Part shown: piece by piece, positions 37,705 through 47,413 of the stretch | Position numbering within the stretch: the stretch's first letter is position 1 | Layout: every line of letters starts with the position of its first letter | Program-made: the position numbers and the translations under genes | Notes under the pieces: model-generated | Seen by the model: only the letters and a program-made list of their open reading frames with translations | Told to the model about the DNA's origin: nothing | The model's database searches: none | Origin: Planctomycetota bacterium | GTDB taxonomy: Bacteria; Planctomycetota; UBA8108; SXIK01 | Direction: 5' to 3' | NCBI GenBank assembly: GCA_965223265.1 | Contig: OZ244999.1 | Location: forward strand, 2,080,001-2,144,000 | DNA length: 64,000 nt

Positions 37705-39474
37705 ATGATTACTCTTACTTGGTGCATCTTTCTGCCTTTGATCACGGCGGCGGTGCTACTCTTGATCCCCGGAACGTGGAAGCCGCTGATTAAGTTGGTT
37801 TCCATTGCTGGCTCGATCGTCACGTTCATCATCGCGATCTTGCTCGTGCGCCAGTACTCCGGTGACACGCCGGACGCTGTCGAAGCACTCAAGAACCGTC
37901 AGGACACGCTGCTGGCGAAGACTTACCTGGGCGACGCGTACGCCTCGCCAGAGGGCAAAGAGCGTTGGAAACGCGAGTTTTTGACGCCCGACGAAGACGG
38001 CCTCTACAGACTATCTGCCGAGCAGAAAGCGAACTTCACGCCGGCAGCGTTTGAGGCGTGGGACGAGTGTGTTGAGCTCAGCTACGCCATAGGCGTCGCC
38101 CAGGCGAAACACTTGCGTTTCGTTGAATACGTCCCGTGGATCTCGAAATTCAACATCAACTATTTCCTCGGTGCCGATGGCTTGAGTTTGCCGCTGATTT
38201 GGCTCACGGCGTTACTCTCGGTGCTCTGTCTCGTCTACTCGTGGAACATCGATAAGGGAACGAAGGGGTACTACATCCTGTTTCTCCTCTTGGAGGGCGG
38301 GCTCATCGGTGTTTTCTGCGCGCTCGACTTCTTTTTGTTCTACGTGTTCTGGGAAGTCGTGTTGCTGCCGATGTACTTCCTCATCGGTATTTGGGGCGGT
38401 ACCAATCGGCTCTATGCCGCAATCAAGTTCTTCATCTACACGCTGGTCGGCTCTGTGCTCATGCTGATCGCGATGTTGATCATGTACTTCGTCTCCGAGC
38501 CCAACACGTTCAACATGTTGACACTCATGGCCATGGAGCCCTTTTTCTTCCATGGTGGTGTTTTGGGTGTGTCGCTCTTTCTGCTTCTGTTCATCGGTTT
38601 TGCCATCAAGGTGCCGATCTTCCCGTTCCACACTTGGCTACCGGACGCGCACGTTGAGGCGCCGACGGCTGTCAGCGTCATGCTGGCCGGGATTTTGCTA
38701 AAGATGGGTGGCTACGGTCTCTTCCGAATCTCCTATCCCATGCTGCCTTCTCAGGCCACGAAGCAAGTGTTCATCGCCTTGATCGCGGCGCTCGCCATGG
38801 TCAATATCATCTACGGGGCGTTTTGCGCCCTGGCGCAAAAGGACTTCAAGAAACTGGTCGCCTACTCATCCGTGAGTCACATGGGTTACGTGCTCCTTGG
38901 CCTGGCGGCGTTGACGTCGGCCGGAGTGACCGGCGCGGCCCTGCAAATGTTCAACCACGGCGTCTCGAGCGCCATGCTCTTCCTGGTCGTCGGCGTCATT
39001 TACGACCGTGCGCACCATCGTGACCTGACTCGTTTCGGCGGCATCGGGTTGCAGATGCCGTGGTACACGGGGATCGCCACGGTGGGCTTCTTCGCCTCCC
39101 TTGGACTCCCGACACTGAACGGGTTCGTCAGCGAATTCCTTTGTTTCATGGGAGCCTGGGACTCGAAGTCCAGTCTCATCACAGTCGCTGGACACGGCCT
39201 TGGCGCACGGTGGATCGTTTACGTCTGTCTCTTGGGCGTCGTGCTTGGCGCTGTCTATATCCTTTGGACGATCCAGCGGGTCTACCTCGGACAGATCAAA
39301 AACGAAGAATACAAGCGCTTCCCGGACGTCAATTTCCGCGAAGTGGTCGCGCTCGTACCGTTGGCTTTTCTGTGCATCCTCCTGGGGGTCTACCCGAGTC
39401 TGCTCATCGACTTTATGGACGGCTCACTGCAGTCAATGACGGAAATGGTGCGCGCGGTTCTCTCCAACGGTTAA
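37705..39474 (+). CDS. nuoM: NADH-quinone oxidoreductase subunit M (with soluble insertion)
   Basis: G.DGLS, FYVFWE..L.PMY, AAIKFF.YT, FAIKVP.FPFHTWLPDAHVEAPT, LLKMG.YG, KKLVAYSSVSHMG, GLP.L.GFV.EF. Confidence 0.97.
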   Translation: MITLTWCIFLPLITAAVLLLIPGTWKPLIKLVSIAGSIVTFIIAILLVRQYSGDTPDAVEALKNRQDTLLAKTYLGDAYASPEGKERWKREFLTPDEDGLYRLSAEQKANFTPAAFEAWDECVELSYAIGVAQAKHLRFVEYVPWISKFNINYFLGADGLSLPLIWLTALLSVLCLVYSWNIDKGTKGYYILFLLLEGGLIGVFCALDFFLFYVFWEVVLLPMYFLIGIWGGTNRLYAAIKFFIYTLVGSVLMLIAMLIMYFVSEPNTFNMLTLMAMEPFFFHGGVLGVSLFLLLFIGFAIKVPIFPFHTWLPDAHVEAPTAVSVMLAGILLKMGGYGLFRISYPMLPSQATKQVFIALIAALAMVNIIYGAFCALAQKDFKKLVAYSSVSHMGYVLLGLAALTSAGVTGAALQMFNHGVSSAMLFLVVGVIYDRAHHRDLTRFGGIGLQMPWYTGIATVGFFASLGLPTLNGFVSEFLCFMGAWDSKSSLITVAGHGLGARWIVYVCLLGVVLGAVYILWTIQRVYLGQIKNEEYKRFPDVNFREVVALVPLAFLCILLGVYPSLLIDFMDGSLQSMTEMVRAVLSNG

Positions 39475-39490
39475 CAGAAGTAACAACACC

Positions 39491-41143
39491 ATGCAGGTTG
39501 GCCTACTCAGCTCTGAGCTCTTCTCGACGACGTGCCTCGCCGCCGTCGACGCGGCGGCTTTCGCCGAAACCTTTGTGCCCGCGATTCTGCAGGGTGTGGA
39601 GCAACTCGGTGCCGAGCTGCGCGTCGTGGTCGCAGCCGCGGCCATCCTTCTCCTCGACCTGTTTTTGCCGCTGCGCTGGTCACGCCAGCTCGCCTGGGTG
39701 GCGGTCCTGGCCTGCATCTGGCCTCTCGCTTCGATCCACGTGCCCGAAGAAGGCCAGTCACTCTTTCTCGGCATGATGGCGATCGACTCGTTCTCATGCT
39801 TTTTCAAAGTGCTGTTTTTGGTCGGCGCGATTCCCGTCGTTCTTCTCAGCTACGTCTCTGAGGAGCTCAAGGGAAGACGAATGGGGGAGTACTACTTCAT
39901 CCTCCTCGTGTCGCTCTTTGGCGGCATGCTCATGGCGTCGTCGACGCATTTTCTCATGCTCTTCTTGTCGCTTGAGATTTTGAGCGTCTGTTCCTACGTC
40001 CTGGTCGGTTACTTGCGCGGCAATCGACGCGGCGCGGAAGCTGCACTGAAGTACATCATCTACGGCAGCGTTGCCGCAGCGATCATGGGTTTCGGTTTCT
40101 CGCTCTGGTATGGGCTGACCGGCTCGGGACACATCGAGTCGCTCGCGCAGCTGCTTTGGAATCCTGAAAACGAGATTTACTCTGAGAGAGCGATGGAGCT
40201 GCGAACGATCATCGCGGCCACAGCGGCGCTGCTGTGCATCTTCGTAGGCTTCGCCTACAAGATTTCGTCGATCCCGATGCATTTTTGGGCGCCCGACGTC
40301 TACGAGGGCGCGCCCACTGCGATCACCGCGTTTCTCTCCGTTCTGTCGAAGGCGGCTGGGTTTGCCATTGCGATTCGGTTCTTCGAGGCGCTCGCAGGTT
40401 CGATCGGTGACGCGATTGCACAGAGTGAAGCGTTGAACAGCCTTTGGACAGCGCTCGATTGGCGCCTTCTCTTGATCGCCCTGTCGATCATCACCATGAC
40501 CTTCGGCAACCTGGCGGCGCTGTGGCAGACGAACATGAAGCGCCTGATGGCCTACTCGTCTATCGCGCATGCGGGCTATCTCATGATGGGGCTGACGATC
40601 CTCGGCCTGACGTCGGCGAAGTACACAGGCACGCAGACGATCGCATTCTACCTCCTCGCCTATCTGGCGATGAACTTCGGCGCGTTCGCCGTCGTCATCC
40701 TTCTCGAGAACCGTGTCGGCTCGTCGGAGCTGTCGGCGTACGGCGGCCTCGGTTCCCGAGCGCCCTTCCTGGCAGCGTCCCTCACCGTGTTTCTCTTTTC
40801 ACTCATCGGTGTGCCGCCGACCGCCGGCTTTCTTGCCAAGTTTCACCTCTTCATGGGCGTGATTGACGTTGCCGGGCCGGTGGTTGACGGCGACGAGCCG
40901 ACGTATCTCTATCGATATTACGTCTTGGCTTTCGCCGCCGCAGTCAACACGGCGGTGTCAGCGTATTACTATCTCAGGATCGCCAAAACGATGTACTTCG
41001 AGAAGTCCTCCGAGAGCACAAGCCTTGAATCGCCCGTGCTGGGACGCCTCGTCGTCGCCAGCATGGTGTTCTTGACGTTCTATTTGCTCTTCAAGGCGGA
41101 GACGATTCTCAAGTCAACTCTGGACCTACAGCTCCACCTATGA
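39491..41143 (+). CDS. nuoN: NADH-quinone oxidoreductase subunit N
   Basis: GEYY, LE.LS...Y.L, EAALKY.I.G, K.S..P.HFWAPDVYEGAPT, GNL.AL.QTN.KRL.AYSSIAHAGY, SLIG.PPTAGF.AK, YYYLR. Confidence 0.97.
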   Translation: MQVGLLSSELFSTTCLAAVDAAAFAETFVPAILQGVEQLGAELRVVVAAAAILLLDLFLPLRWSRQLAWVAVLACIWPLASIHVPEEGQSLFLGMMAIDSFSCFFKVLFLVGAIPVVLLSYVSEELKGRRMGEYYFILLVSLFGGMLMASSTHFLMLFLSLEILSVCSYVLVGYLRGNRRGAEAALKYIIYGSVAAAIMGFGFSLWYGLTGSGHIESLAQLLWNPENEIYSERAMELRTIIAATAALLCIFVGFAYKISSIPMHFWAPDVYEGAPTAITAFLSVLSKAAGFAIAIRFFEALAGSIGDAIAQSEALNSLWTALDWRLLLIALSIITMTFGNLAALWQTNMKRLMAYSSIAHAGYLMMGLTILGLTSAKYTGTQTIAFYLLAYLAMNFGAFAVVILLENRVGSSELSAYGGLGSRAPFLAASLTVFLFSLIGVPPTAGFLAKFHLFMGVIDVAGPVVDGDEPTYLYRYYVLAFAAAVNTAVSAYYYLRIAKTMYFEKSSESTSLESPVLGRLVVASMVFLTFYLLFKAETILKSTLDLQLHL

Positions 41144-41631
41144 TCGACGCCGCACTGATCGACACGCTCGAAGAAGTCTACGCCCTCGAAAGCACGTCAT
41201 TCGTCCGCTACATCATTTGGAATGCTGAGATCCAGGTGGACGACGACTTTGATCGCAAGGTGAGATCTTTTCTAAAAGATTGGTGCCGGACCGGCGACCT
41301 CAATAGAACCGCGTTCGTTGAGCTTCTTAGTGAACAAGACCACATCGTCGAAACCTACAGCTATCCGATTCGATACTCCGAGTATCACTACCTCAAGGCG
41401 AGCTATCTGCTCCGTCCGGCTGTGCGCTTCATGACGGACACGCTCGCGGAAATCGAAGCTCGGTCGGCGGGCCTGGCGGGCTGGCCGCGGGCGAGACAGC
41501 TCGTCGATGCGGTCGTCGAGCGCGAGAGGCCGTTTCTGGAGCGCGCCAAGGAGCTCGAGGCGCAAAGCCGCGAGCGACCCTCGCCCGAAGCGCCGCCGAA
41601 GATCAAGGGGAGCAGCGCGTCGCGCTGGTAG
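41140..41631 (+). CDS. Hypothetical helical (possibly ferritin-like) protein coupled to nuoN
   Basis: ATGA overlap with the nuoN stop; mostly helical and acidic 163 aa; YPIRYSEYHYL motif; family not firmly recognised. Confidence 0.6.
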   Translation: MIDAALIDTLEEVYALESTSFVRYIIWNAEIQVDDDFDRKVRSFLKDWCRTGDLNRTAFVELLSEQDHIVETYSYPIRYSEYHYLKASYLLRPAVRFMTDTLAEIEARSAGLAGWPRARQLVDAVVERERPFLERAKELEAQSRERPSPEAPPKIKGSSASRW

Positions 41632-41721
41632 CGGCGCAGGCGTTTCGACTGGTCCTGCCGGAGTCGTCCGTCCGACGCTTTTTTCTTTGCCGGCACTCGA
41701 GCAGACGCGAAGATTGAGGGC

Positions 41722-43137
41722 ATGAGAGTCCTCTGTGCCGCCGCGGTGGTCTGCGCCTTCCTCGTTTCGGCGTTTTCGCCCGTCCCAGCCGCGGCTGCGA
41801 TGCGCCGCGGCGCGGAGCGTGAGCGTCATGTTGCGATCACGGCGCGCGAGAACGAGAAAGCGCTCGAGCGAGCTGGTGAGAGCCTCGACTTTGACGCATT
41901 GTCGGCGGCTGCAGGCAAGGTCTTGGCGGCTGGGAAACGCCGCGGCGTCGAAAAGGTCCTCAGCGTATACGCCGCCTATTGGTATCGGGCGGCGAAGATC
42001 GTTGAGGCCGACGCGATCTATCAGGCCCATGGTCACATGGCCGGACAGTTTCGTTCTTTGACAAGTGTCACGGGACTGAAGGCGCTCGCGAAACTGCAGA
42101 AGTCGCACCGGGAATGGCCAGCGCGATTGCTCGCGCTGGACGCGGCGGCGTTTTGCGCCGCGGATCAAATGGCCATGGCTCTGGTTGGGCTTAAAGACAA
42201 AGAGCCGATTGTCGCTCGGCGCGCGGTGATCTTGCTACGCAAGACGAAAACCCGCGCGGTCGTCGAGGAGATCCTCGCGTGTTTCGAGGCCGCCGAGGCG
42301 AAAGCCGCAAAGAAAAACCGCACTGACGATTGGTCCAGGACCGCTTTGACGTGTAGTGGCGTGCTTGCCGAACTCCTGCGCGTCGATTTGGTTCACGCGC
42401 GCGACTATCGGAACTACTTGGTCGGTCGCCAGGAAGACAGCGAAGAGGAGCTGTTCAAGGGGCGTAAGAAGCGAACGCGCGAGCGCACGGCTCTGACGCT
42501 TTTTGGTCGTCGAGTGACTGGCCGCAACATCGTGTTCATACTCGATGTTTCAGGAAGTATGTTGACGATCGACCCAGACTCCGGCGGTGATTCTCGGGCC
42601 GTTTCCAAGCGCGGCAAGCGTACGAGCACAGATCGCGATCGGAAGCAGGACAAGAAGAAGCGGTTCGTCGAAGCTCAACGCCTCACGCGCGCCAAGCGTG
42701 AGCTCTCGCGCGTTATCGAAGCGCTTCCCGATGGCTCCCGATTCAATATTATCGCGTATTCGACCGTCGTCCGTTCTTGGAAGGATCAGTCGGTCGCGTC
42801 GAGTCGTCAGGCGAAAAAGCAAGCACTGGATTTCGTCGCCGCGCTTGAAGCGGAAGGAGTAACCGTGACGGACCGAGCGCTCGAGACCGCCTTCAGCGAT
42901 CTGAAAGTGGACACGATTTACCTCGTCACCGACGGCGCCCCGACGCATGTTGGCGGTACAGGTAAGCAGCTCCCGCGCGATTCCAACGAGCTCATGCAGA
43001 GTATTCTTCGTCGCGTGCGGTCCCTCAACTTCCTCCGGCAAGTACGCGTGTTTACGCTCGGGTTTCGCGACGCCGAGGAGCGGTTTCTCAAGCGACTTGC
43101 CCGTGACAACGGCGGCAAGTACGTTCGGATCCGGTAG
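41722..43137 (+). CDS. Exported HEAT-like plus von Willebrand factor A domain protein
   Basis: Signal peptide; MIDAS motif IVFILDVSGSM; FNIIAYS; G.T.T..AL; DTIYLVTDGAP; L..LA..NGG.Y. Confidence 0.85.
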   Translation: MRVLCAAAVVCAFLVSAFSPVPAAAAMRRGAERERHVAITARENEKALERAGESLDFDALSAAAGKVLAAGKRRGVEKVLSVYAAYWYRAAKIVEADAIYQAHGHMAGQFRSLTSVTGLKALAKLQKSHREWPARLLALDAAAFCAADQMAMALVGLKDKEPIVARRAVILLRKTKTRAVVEEILACFEAAEAKAAKKNRTDDWSRTALTCSGVLAELLRVDLVHARDYRNYLVGRQEDSEEELFKGRKKRTRERTALTLFGRRVTGRNIVFILDVSGSMLTIDPDSGGDSRAVSKRGKRTSTDRDRKQDKKKRFVEAQRLTRAKRELSRVIEALPDGSRFNIIAYSTVVRSWKDQSVASSRQAKKQALDFVAALEAEGVTVTDRALETAFSDLKVDTIYLVTDGAPTHVGGTGKQLPRDSNELMQSILRRVRSLNFLRQVRVFTLGFRDAEERFLKRLARDNGGKYVRIR

Positions 43138-43336
43138 GCGATCCTGACTTCATGTCGCACGTCCGAGGAGCCGCGTTCTCGGAGAGCGAGGCCGGAAAAC
43201 GCGAGAGTCTGACGTCGGCCGACTGGGTCTGTTGCGCTGTCGTCTGCTGCCTGAGCCGGGCAAGTGCTGCCACTAGTGGAGCCGCGCTGGTGTAGGATGA
43301 ACGAGAGGAATTCGCCCGATAACCTCTCACACACGC

Positions 43337-43503
43337 TTAGCAGCCTGTTGAAAAAGTGCTTCGAGCTGAAAACTGGTCGCTTCGCGTCCAGATCAGCCGC
43401 GGCGAACGCAGGTAATCTCCGAGATTTTCGAGGCTCGCCGCGGCTGATCTGGGCGTGAAGAGGCCGGTTTCTCAGCCGAATGACTTTTTCAACGGGCTGT
43501 TAG
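43337..43503. mobile_element. MITE (159 bp, 43341-43499) with IS1182/IS5-like ends and a TTAG target-site duplication
   Basis: TTAG|CAGCCTGTTGAAAAAGT ... ACTTTTTCAACGGGCTG|TTAG. The element is one long imperfect palindrome with no transposase. Confidence 0.8.
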
Positions 43504-43740
43504 GCTAGGAACCTGCCCACTTGGTGGGATTCTCGCAGCGCTTTCGCGAGCCATTCGACAACGATTTGGCGCTGCGGCGAGCCGTGATTCTGTTGAGAAT
43601 TTTTCGGACAGGATTTCGGACTGGGCGCCGACATGGAGATGGGGCAGGGTTCAATATTGAAGCGAATCATCGATAGATAAAAAACAAGCAGCCAGCTGCG
43701 AGTCTGATCGCGCACACATCTGACAGAAGGACAGGAATCC

Positions 43741-45057
43741 ATGGATTCAGCTGCGAATCGCGACGCCGCTACGAGACGCAAAGTAGTTGTCTTGGGCGGT
43801 TTGCGGACACCTTGGGTGAAGATGGGCATGGGGCTTCACGACGTGCATGCGGCGGACCTGGCGCGCGTGCCGGCGGAGGAGCTGTTACTTCAGCTGAACG
43901 TCCCGCTTGAACAAGTGGATGAAGTGATTTTCGGGAACGTCTCGCAACCAGCTGACGCGACCAATATCGCCCGAGTGATCGCATTGCGCCTGGGGCTCCC
44001 TCTTTCGGTCCCGGCTCATACCGTCCATCGCAATTGTGCTTCCGGTTTGGAGGCGGTGACCGAGGCCTTCGACAAAGTTCGCTTCGGGCAGGCGGACCTT
44101 GTGCTTGCGGGCGGAACGGAGTCGATGTCGAACGTGCCGTTTTTGTTCTCAACGCGGGCTCAGCGCAAGTTCGCCAAACTGGCACGGGCGCGATCGTTGG
44201 GAGCGAAGGTCGGTGCGGTTGCGAGCTTTCGTGCCGGAGATTTCAAACCGGTCATCGGGCTCGAAGTTGGACTCACAGATGGTTTCTGCGGGCAGAATAT
44301 GGGAGAGACCGCTGAAAACCTAGCGCGCGAGTTCGGCATTTCACGTCAGGAGCAGGATGAGTTCGCGCTCGAGAGTCACAAGCGTGCGGTCGCGTCGGAG
44401 GAAGCAGGATTCTTCGACAACGAGATCGTGACGATGTATCCGCCACCAGACTTCGGCCAAATTGACGGTGACATCGGCCCTCGCGCCAATCAGAGCATGG
44501 AAGCGCTGGCGAAGCTGCGTCCTTACTTCGATCGTAAGTTTGGTACCGTCACACCAGGGAATTCCTGTTCGATCACTGATGGCGGCTGCGCACTGCTCAT
44601 TGCGAGTGAAGAGAAGGCCGCTGCGCTTGGGGTCGAACCGCTGGGCGCGATCCGATCGTACGCCTATCGTGGCTGTCCACCTCACCGCATGGGGTTGGGT
44701 CCGGCGTTTGCTATGCCGGAGGCGCTCGATGCTGCGGGAGTGACGCTCGAAGACATTGATCGCGTCGAACTGAACGAAGCCTTCGCGGCGCAGGTCATCG
44801 CAGTGCAGCGCGCCTGCGCATCGAAAGACTTTGCGGTCGACGAGCTCGACCGAGGCGAAGCCACCGGCGAGTTGAGGGCAGACCGTCTTAACGTCAACGG
44901 CGGTGCGATCGCACTGGGGCATCCCGTTGGCGCTACTGGTGCCCGGCTCGTTTTGACGTTGCTGCGTGAGCTGGGTCAAAAAGGTTTGAAGCGCGGCCTC
45001 GCGACCCTCTGCATCGGTGGTGGCCAAGGCGCTGCGATCGTCGTCGATCGGACTTAG
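43741..45057 (+). CDS. fadI: Acetyl-CoA C-acyltransferase (3-ketoacyl-CoA thiolase, FadI/FadA type)
   Basis: G.RTP, NIAR, NCASG, GG.ESMS, MG.TAE, GTVT.GN...ITDG, ELNEAFAAQ, NVNGGAIALGHP.GATG, LCIGGGQG. Confidence 0.92.
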   Translation: MDSAANRDAATRRKVVVLGGLRTPWVKMGMGLHDVHAADLARVPAEELLLQLNVPLEQVDEVIFGNVSQPADATNIARVIALRLGLPLSVPAHTVHRNCASGLEAVTEAFDKVRFGQADLVLAGGTESMSNVPFLFSTRAQRKFAKLARARSLGAKVGAVASFRAGDFKPVIGLEVGLTDGFCGQNMGETAENLAREFGISRQEQDEFALESHKRAVASEEAGFFDNEIVTMYPPPDFGQIDGDIGPRANQSMEALAKLRPYFDRKFGTVTPGNSCSITDGGCALLIASEEKAAALGVEPLGAIRSYAYRGCPPHRMGLGPAFAMPEALDAAGVTLEDIDRVELNEAFAAQVIAVQRACASKDFAVDELDRGEATGELRADRLNVNGGAIALGHPVGATGARLVLTLLRELGQKGLKRGLATLCIGGGQGAAIVVDRT

Positions 45058-45196
45058 CGAGGCTTCGAGATTCCAACAACACGAACGTTGAGCTGGCTTG
45101 TGTCACGCGAAAGTCGGCACGACAACATGAGAACACAACCGCGGCGCCGCGCTTTGGCGTGGTCGACTAAAGCGTTTAGCACAAAGGGATTCAACC

Positions 45197-47413
45197 GTGA
45201 TTGACATATCTTCGCTAACGAAAACGGAAGCGTGGGCGCTGGTTGACGAAGGTGACGGGATCTTCCGCCTTGTTTTCGACTTGCCTGGTGAGAAGGTCAA
45301 CAAACTCACTGAGGCCGTCCTCGTCGACTTGGAGAAGATTCTCCAGGCCGTCAGCAAAGAGAGTGACGTCAAAGCGCTGATTGTGTGTGGTGGTAAGGAG
45401 GAGTCGGACACGTTCATCGCCGGCGCCGACATCAATGAAATCCGAGGCGTCTCGACAGCGGAGCAGGCGGCGACCAAAGCGGCACGCGGACAGGCCGTAC
45501 TCGATTTGCTCGCCTCGATTCCGGCGGTCACGGTTGCAGCCATTCACGGCAACTGTTTGGGGGGCGGCACGGAGCTCGCGCTCGCCTGTGATTTACGCGT
45601 TGCCAGCCTGAGCGATGCGACGAAGATCGGGCTGCCCGAGGTCAATCTCGGAATCATTCCCGGCTTCGGCGGCACGCAGCGTCTGCCGCGTCTCATCGGG
45701 ATCGAGCGTGCGTTTCCACTCATCTTGACCGGACGTCCCGTCGACGCGCGCAAGGCGGGTCGGCTCGGCGTCGTCGACAGCGTCGTCTATCCAGATCTCC
45801 TCATCGCCGAGGCCAAGGCGCTGGCCAATCGTGCCTTGGACCGGGGCGGTAAGAGGTTTCGCCCGTCCCGCCCTCGACTCTCCTTGCGTCAGCGGTTGTT
45901 TCAGGCTCTCCCCCCCGGACGTGCCTTGCTGCGCCGCATGGCCAAAAAGAACGTCGTCAAAGTTTCGGGTGGTCACTATCCAGCGCCACTGGCTGCAGTC
46001 GATGCCGTGATCGACGGGTTTCGTCGTTCCCTCAAGGACGGCCTTGCCCTTGAGGCTCAGGTCGTCGGCCGGCTGATCGTGTCACCGGAATGCCGCAACC
46101 TGATCGATCTGTTCCTGTCGCAGGAGAGCGTTCGTCGCGGCTCCGGTGAAAAAGCCGCACAGGCTGGTAGCTCGGTGATCGACGTCGACGCAGCACCAGG
46201 GAATCGTCGCGCCGCCGTTCTCGGGGCGGGAGTTATGGGGGGCGGCATCGCGACTCTTCTGGCTCGAAAAGGCTACCGCGTTCGCATGAAGGATGTGCAA
46301 CCTCAGGCGATTCAGATTGGGCTCAAGAGTATCGATAAGTCGCTCTCGACGCTGGTGCGCAAGAGACGCATGAGCAAGGCCGACAAGAATCGTGTTCTCA
46401 GTGCGATCACAACGACTCTCAAGGACGACGGGCTAGGAACGACATCCGTCGTCATCGAGGCTGTCGTGGAAAAGATGTCCGTGAAGCAGGACGTCTTTCG
46501 AGCCCTCGAAGATCATGTTCCGGAGGACGCTCTCCTGTGCTCGAATACGTCGGCACTGTCCATCACTGAGATGCAGTCGGTGCTTCGGCATCCGGAGCGG
46601 CTGGTCGGGCTTCACTTCTTCAATCCCGTGCATCGTATGCCACTTGTTGAAGTGATTCCGGGCGAACAGTCGAGTTCCGAGTATGTGGCTGCAGCGGAGA
46701 AACTCACGCGGCAGCTCGGCAAGTATCCTGTGCGCGTTGCGGATCGCCCTGGGTTTCTCGTCAATCGTTTGCTGGCTTGCTACTTGAACGAGGCTTCTCA
46801 TCTGTTCGTCGAGGGCTTTTCCCCGACTGCGATCGATGCCGCTTTGAAGAGTTTTGGCATGCCGATGGGGCCATTTGAGCTGATCGATGAAGTCGGACTA
46901 GACGTCGCCGCAAAGGTTGCAGCCACGCTCGTCGACGGCCTTGGAAGCCGTATGCAGCCACCTGATGTGACAGGGCGACTTGTCGAAGAGGGTAAACTCC
47001 TTGGCAAGAAATCTGGCGCGGGCTTCTACCTTCACCGCGGCGGCAAGAAGATCCTGAATGAGCGCGCTCTGAGTTTCGCCGGACGCAGCGACGGCAGCTT
47101 TGAGTCCGATCAACCGGAGCTGTGGCTCAAGCGCTTGGTCTACCCAATCATCAATGAGGCCGCTATGGCGCTGGACGAGGGTGTCGTCGCGTCGCCAGCA
47201 CTGCTCGATCTCGCTATGGTCATGGGGACCGGATTCGCACCGTTTCGTGGTGGTCCCTTGCGCTACGCGGACTCGATCGGGGCCAAGCAGGTCTGCGACG
47301 ATCTGACCGCGCTCAAGCACGAGCGCTTCACACCGTGCTCGGCGTTGGAGCGACTTGCGAGTAAGAATCAGAAGTTTTACGACCTCGAGTGTAACGATGT
47401 GGTCCATGCGTGA
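45197..47413 (+). CDS. fadJ: Fatty acid oxidation complex alpha subunit (enoyl-CoA hydratase / 3-hydroxyacyl-CoA dehydrogenase)
   Basis: FIAGADI, CLGGG.ELALAC, GLPEV.LG..PG.GGTQRLPR, VLGAGVMGGGIA, EAV.E, SNTS, GLHFFNPV..MPLVE, G.PMGP. Confidence 0.92.
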   Translation: MIDISSLTKTEAWALVDEGDGIFRLVFDLPGEKVNKLTEAVLVDLEKILQAVSKESDVKALIVCGGKEESDTFIAGADINEIRGVSTAEQAATKAARGQAVLDLLASIPAVTVAAIHGNCLGGGTELALACDLRVASLSDATKIGLPEVNLGIIPGFGGTQRLPRLIGIERAFPLILTGRPVDARKAGRLGVVDSVVYPDLLIAEAKALANRALDRGGKRFRPSRPRLSLRQRLFQALPPGRALLRRMAKKNVVKVSGGHYPAPLAAVDAVIDGFRRSLKDGLALEAQVVGRLIVSPECRNLIDLFLSQESVRRGSGEKAAQAGSSVIDVDAAPGNRRAAVLGAGVMGGGIATLLARKGYRVRMKDVQPQAIQIGLKSIDKSLSTLVRKRRMSKADKNRVLSAITTTLKDDGLGTTSVVIEAVVEKMSVKQDVFRALEDHVPEDALLCSNTSALSITEMQSVLRHPERLVGLHFFNPVHRMPLVEVIPGEQSSSEYVAAAEKLTRQLGKYPVRVADRPGFLVNRLLACYLNEASHLFVEGFSPTAIDAALKSFGMPMGPFELIDEVGLDVAAKVAATLVDGLGSRMQPPDVTGRLVEEGKLLGKKSGAGFYLHRGGKKILNERALSFAGRSDGSFESDQPELWLKRLVYPIINEAAMALDEGVVASPALLDLAMVMGTGFAPFRGGPLRYADSIGAKQVCDDLTALKHERFTPCSALERLASKNQKFYDLECNDVVHA

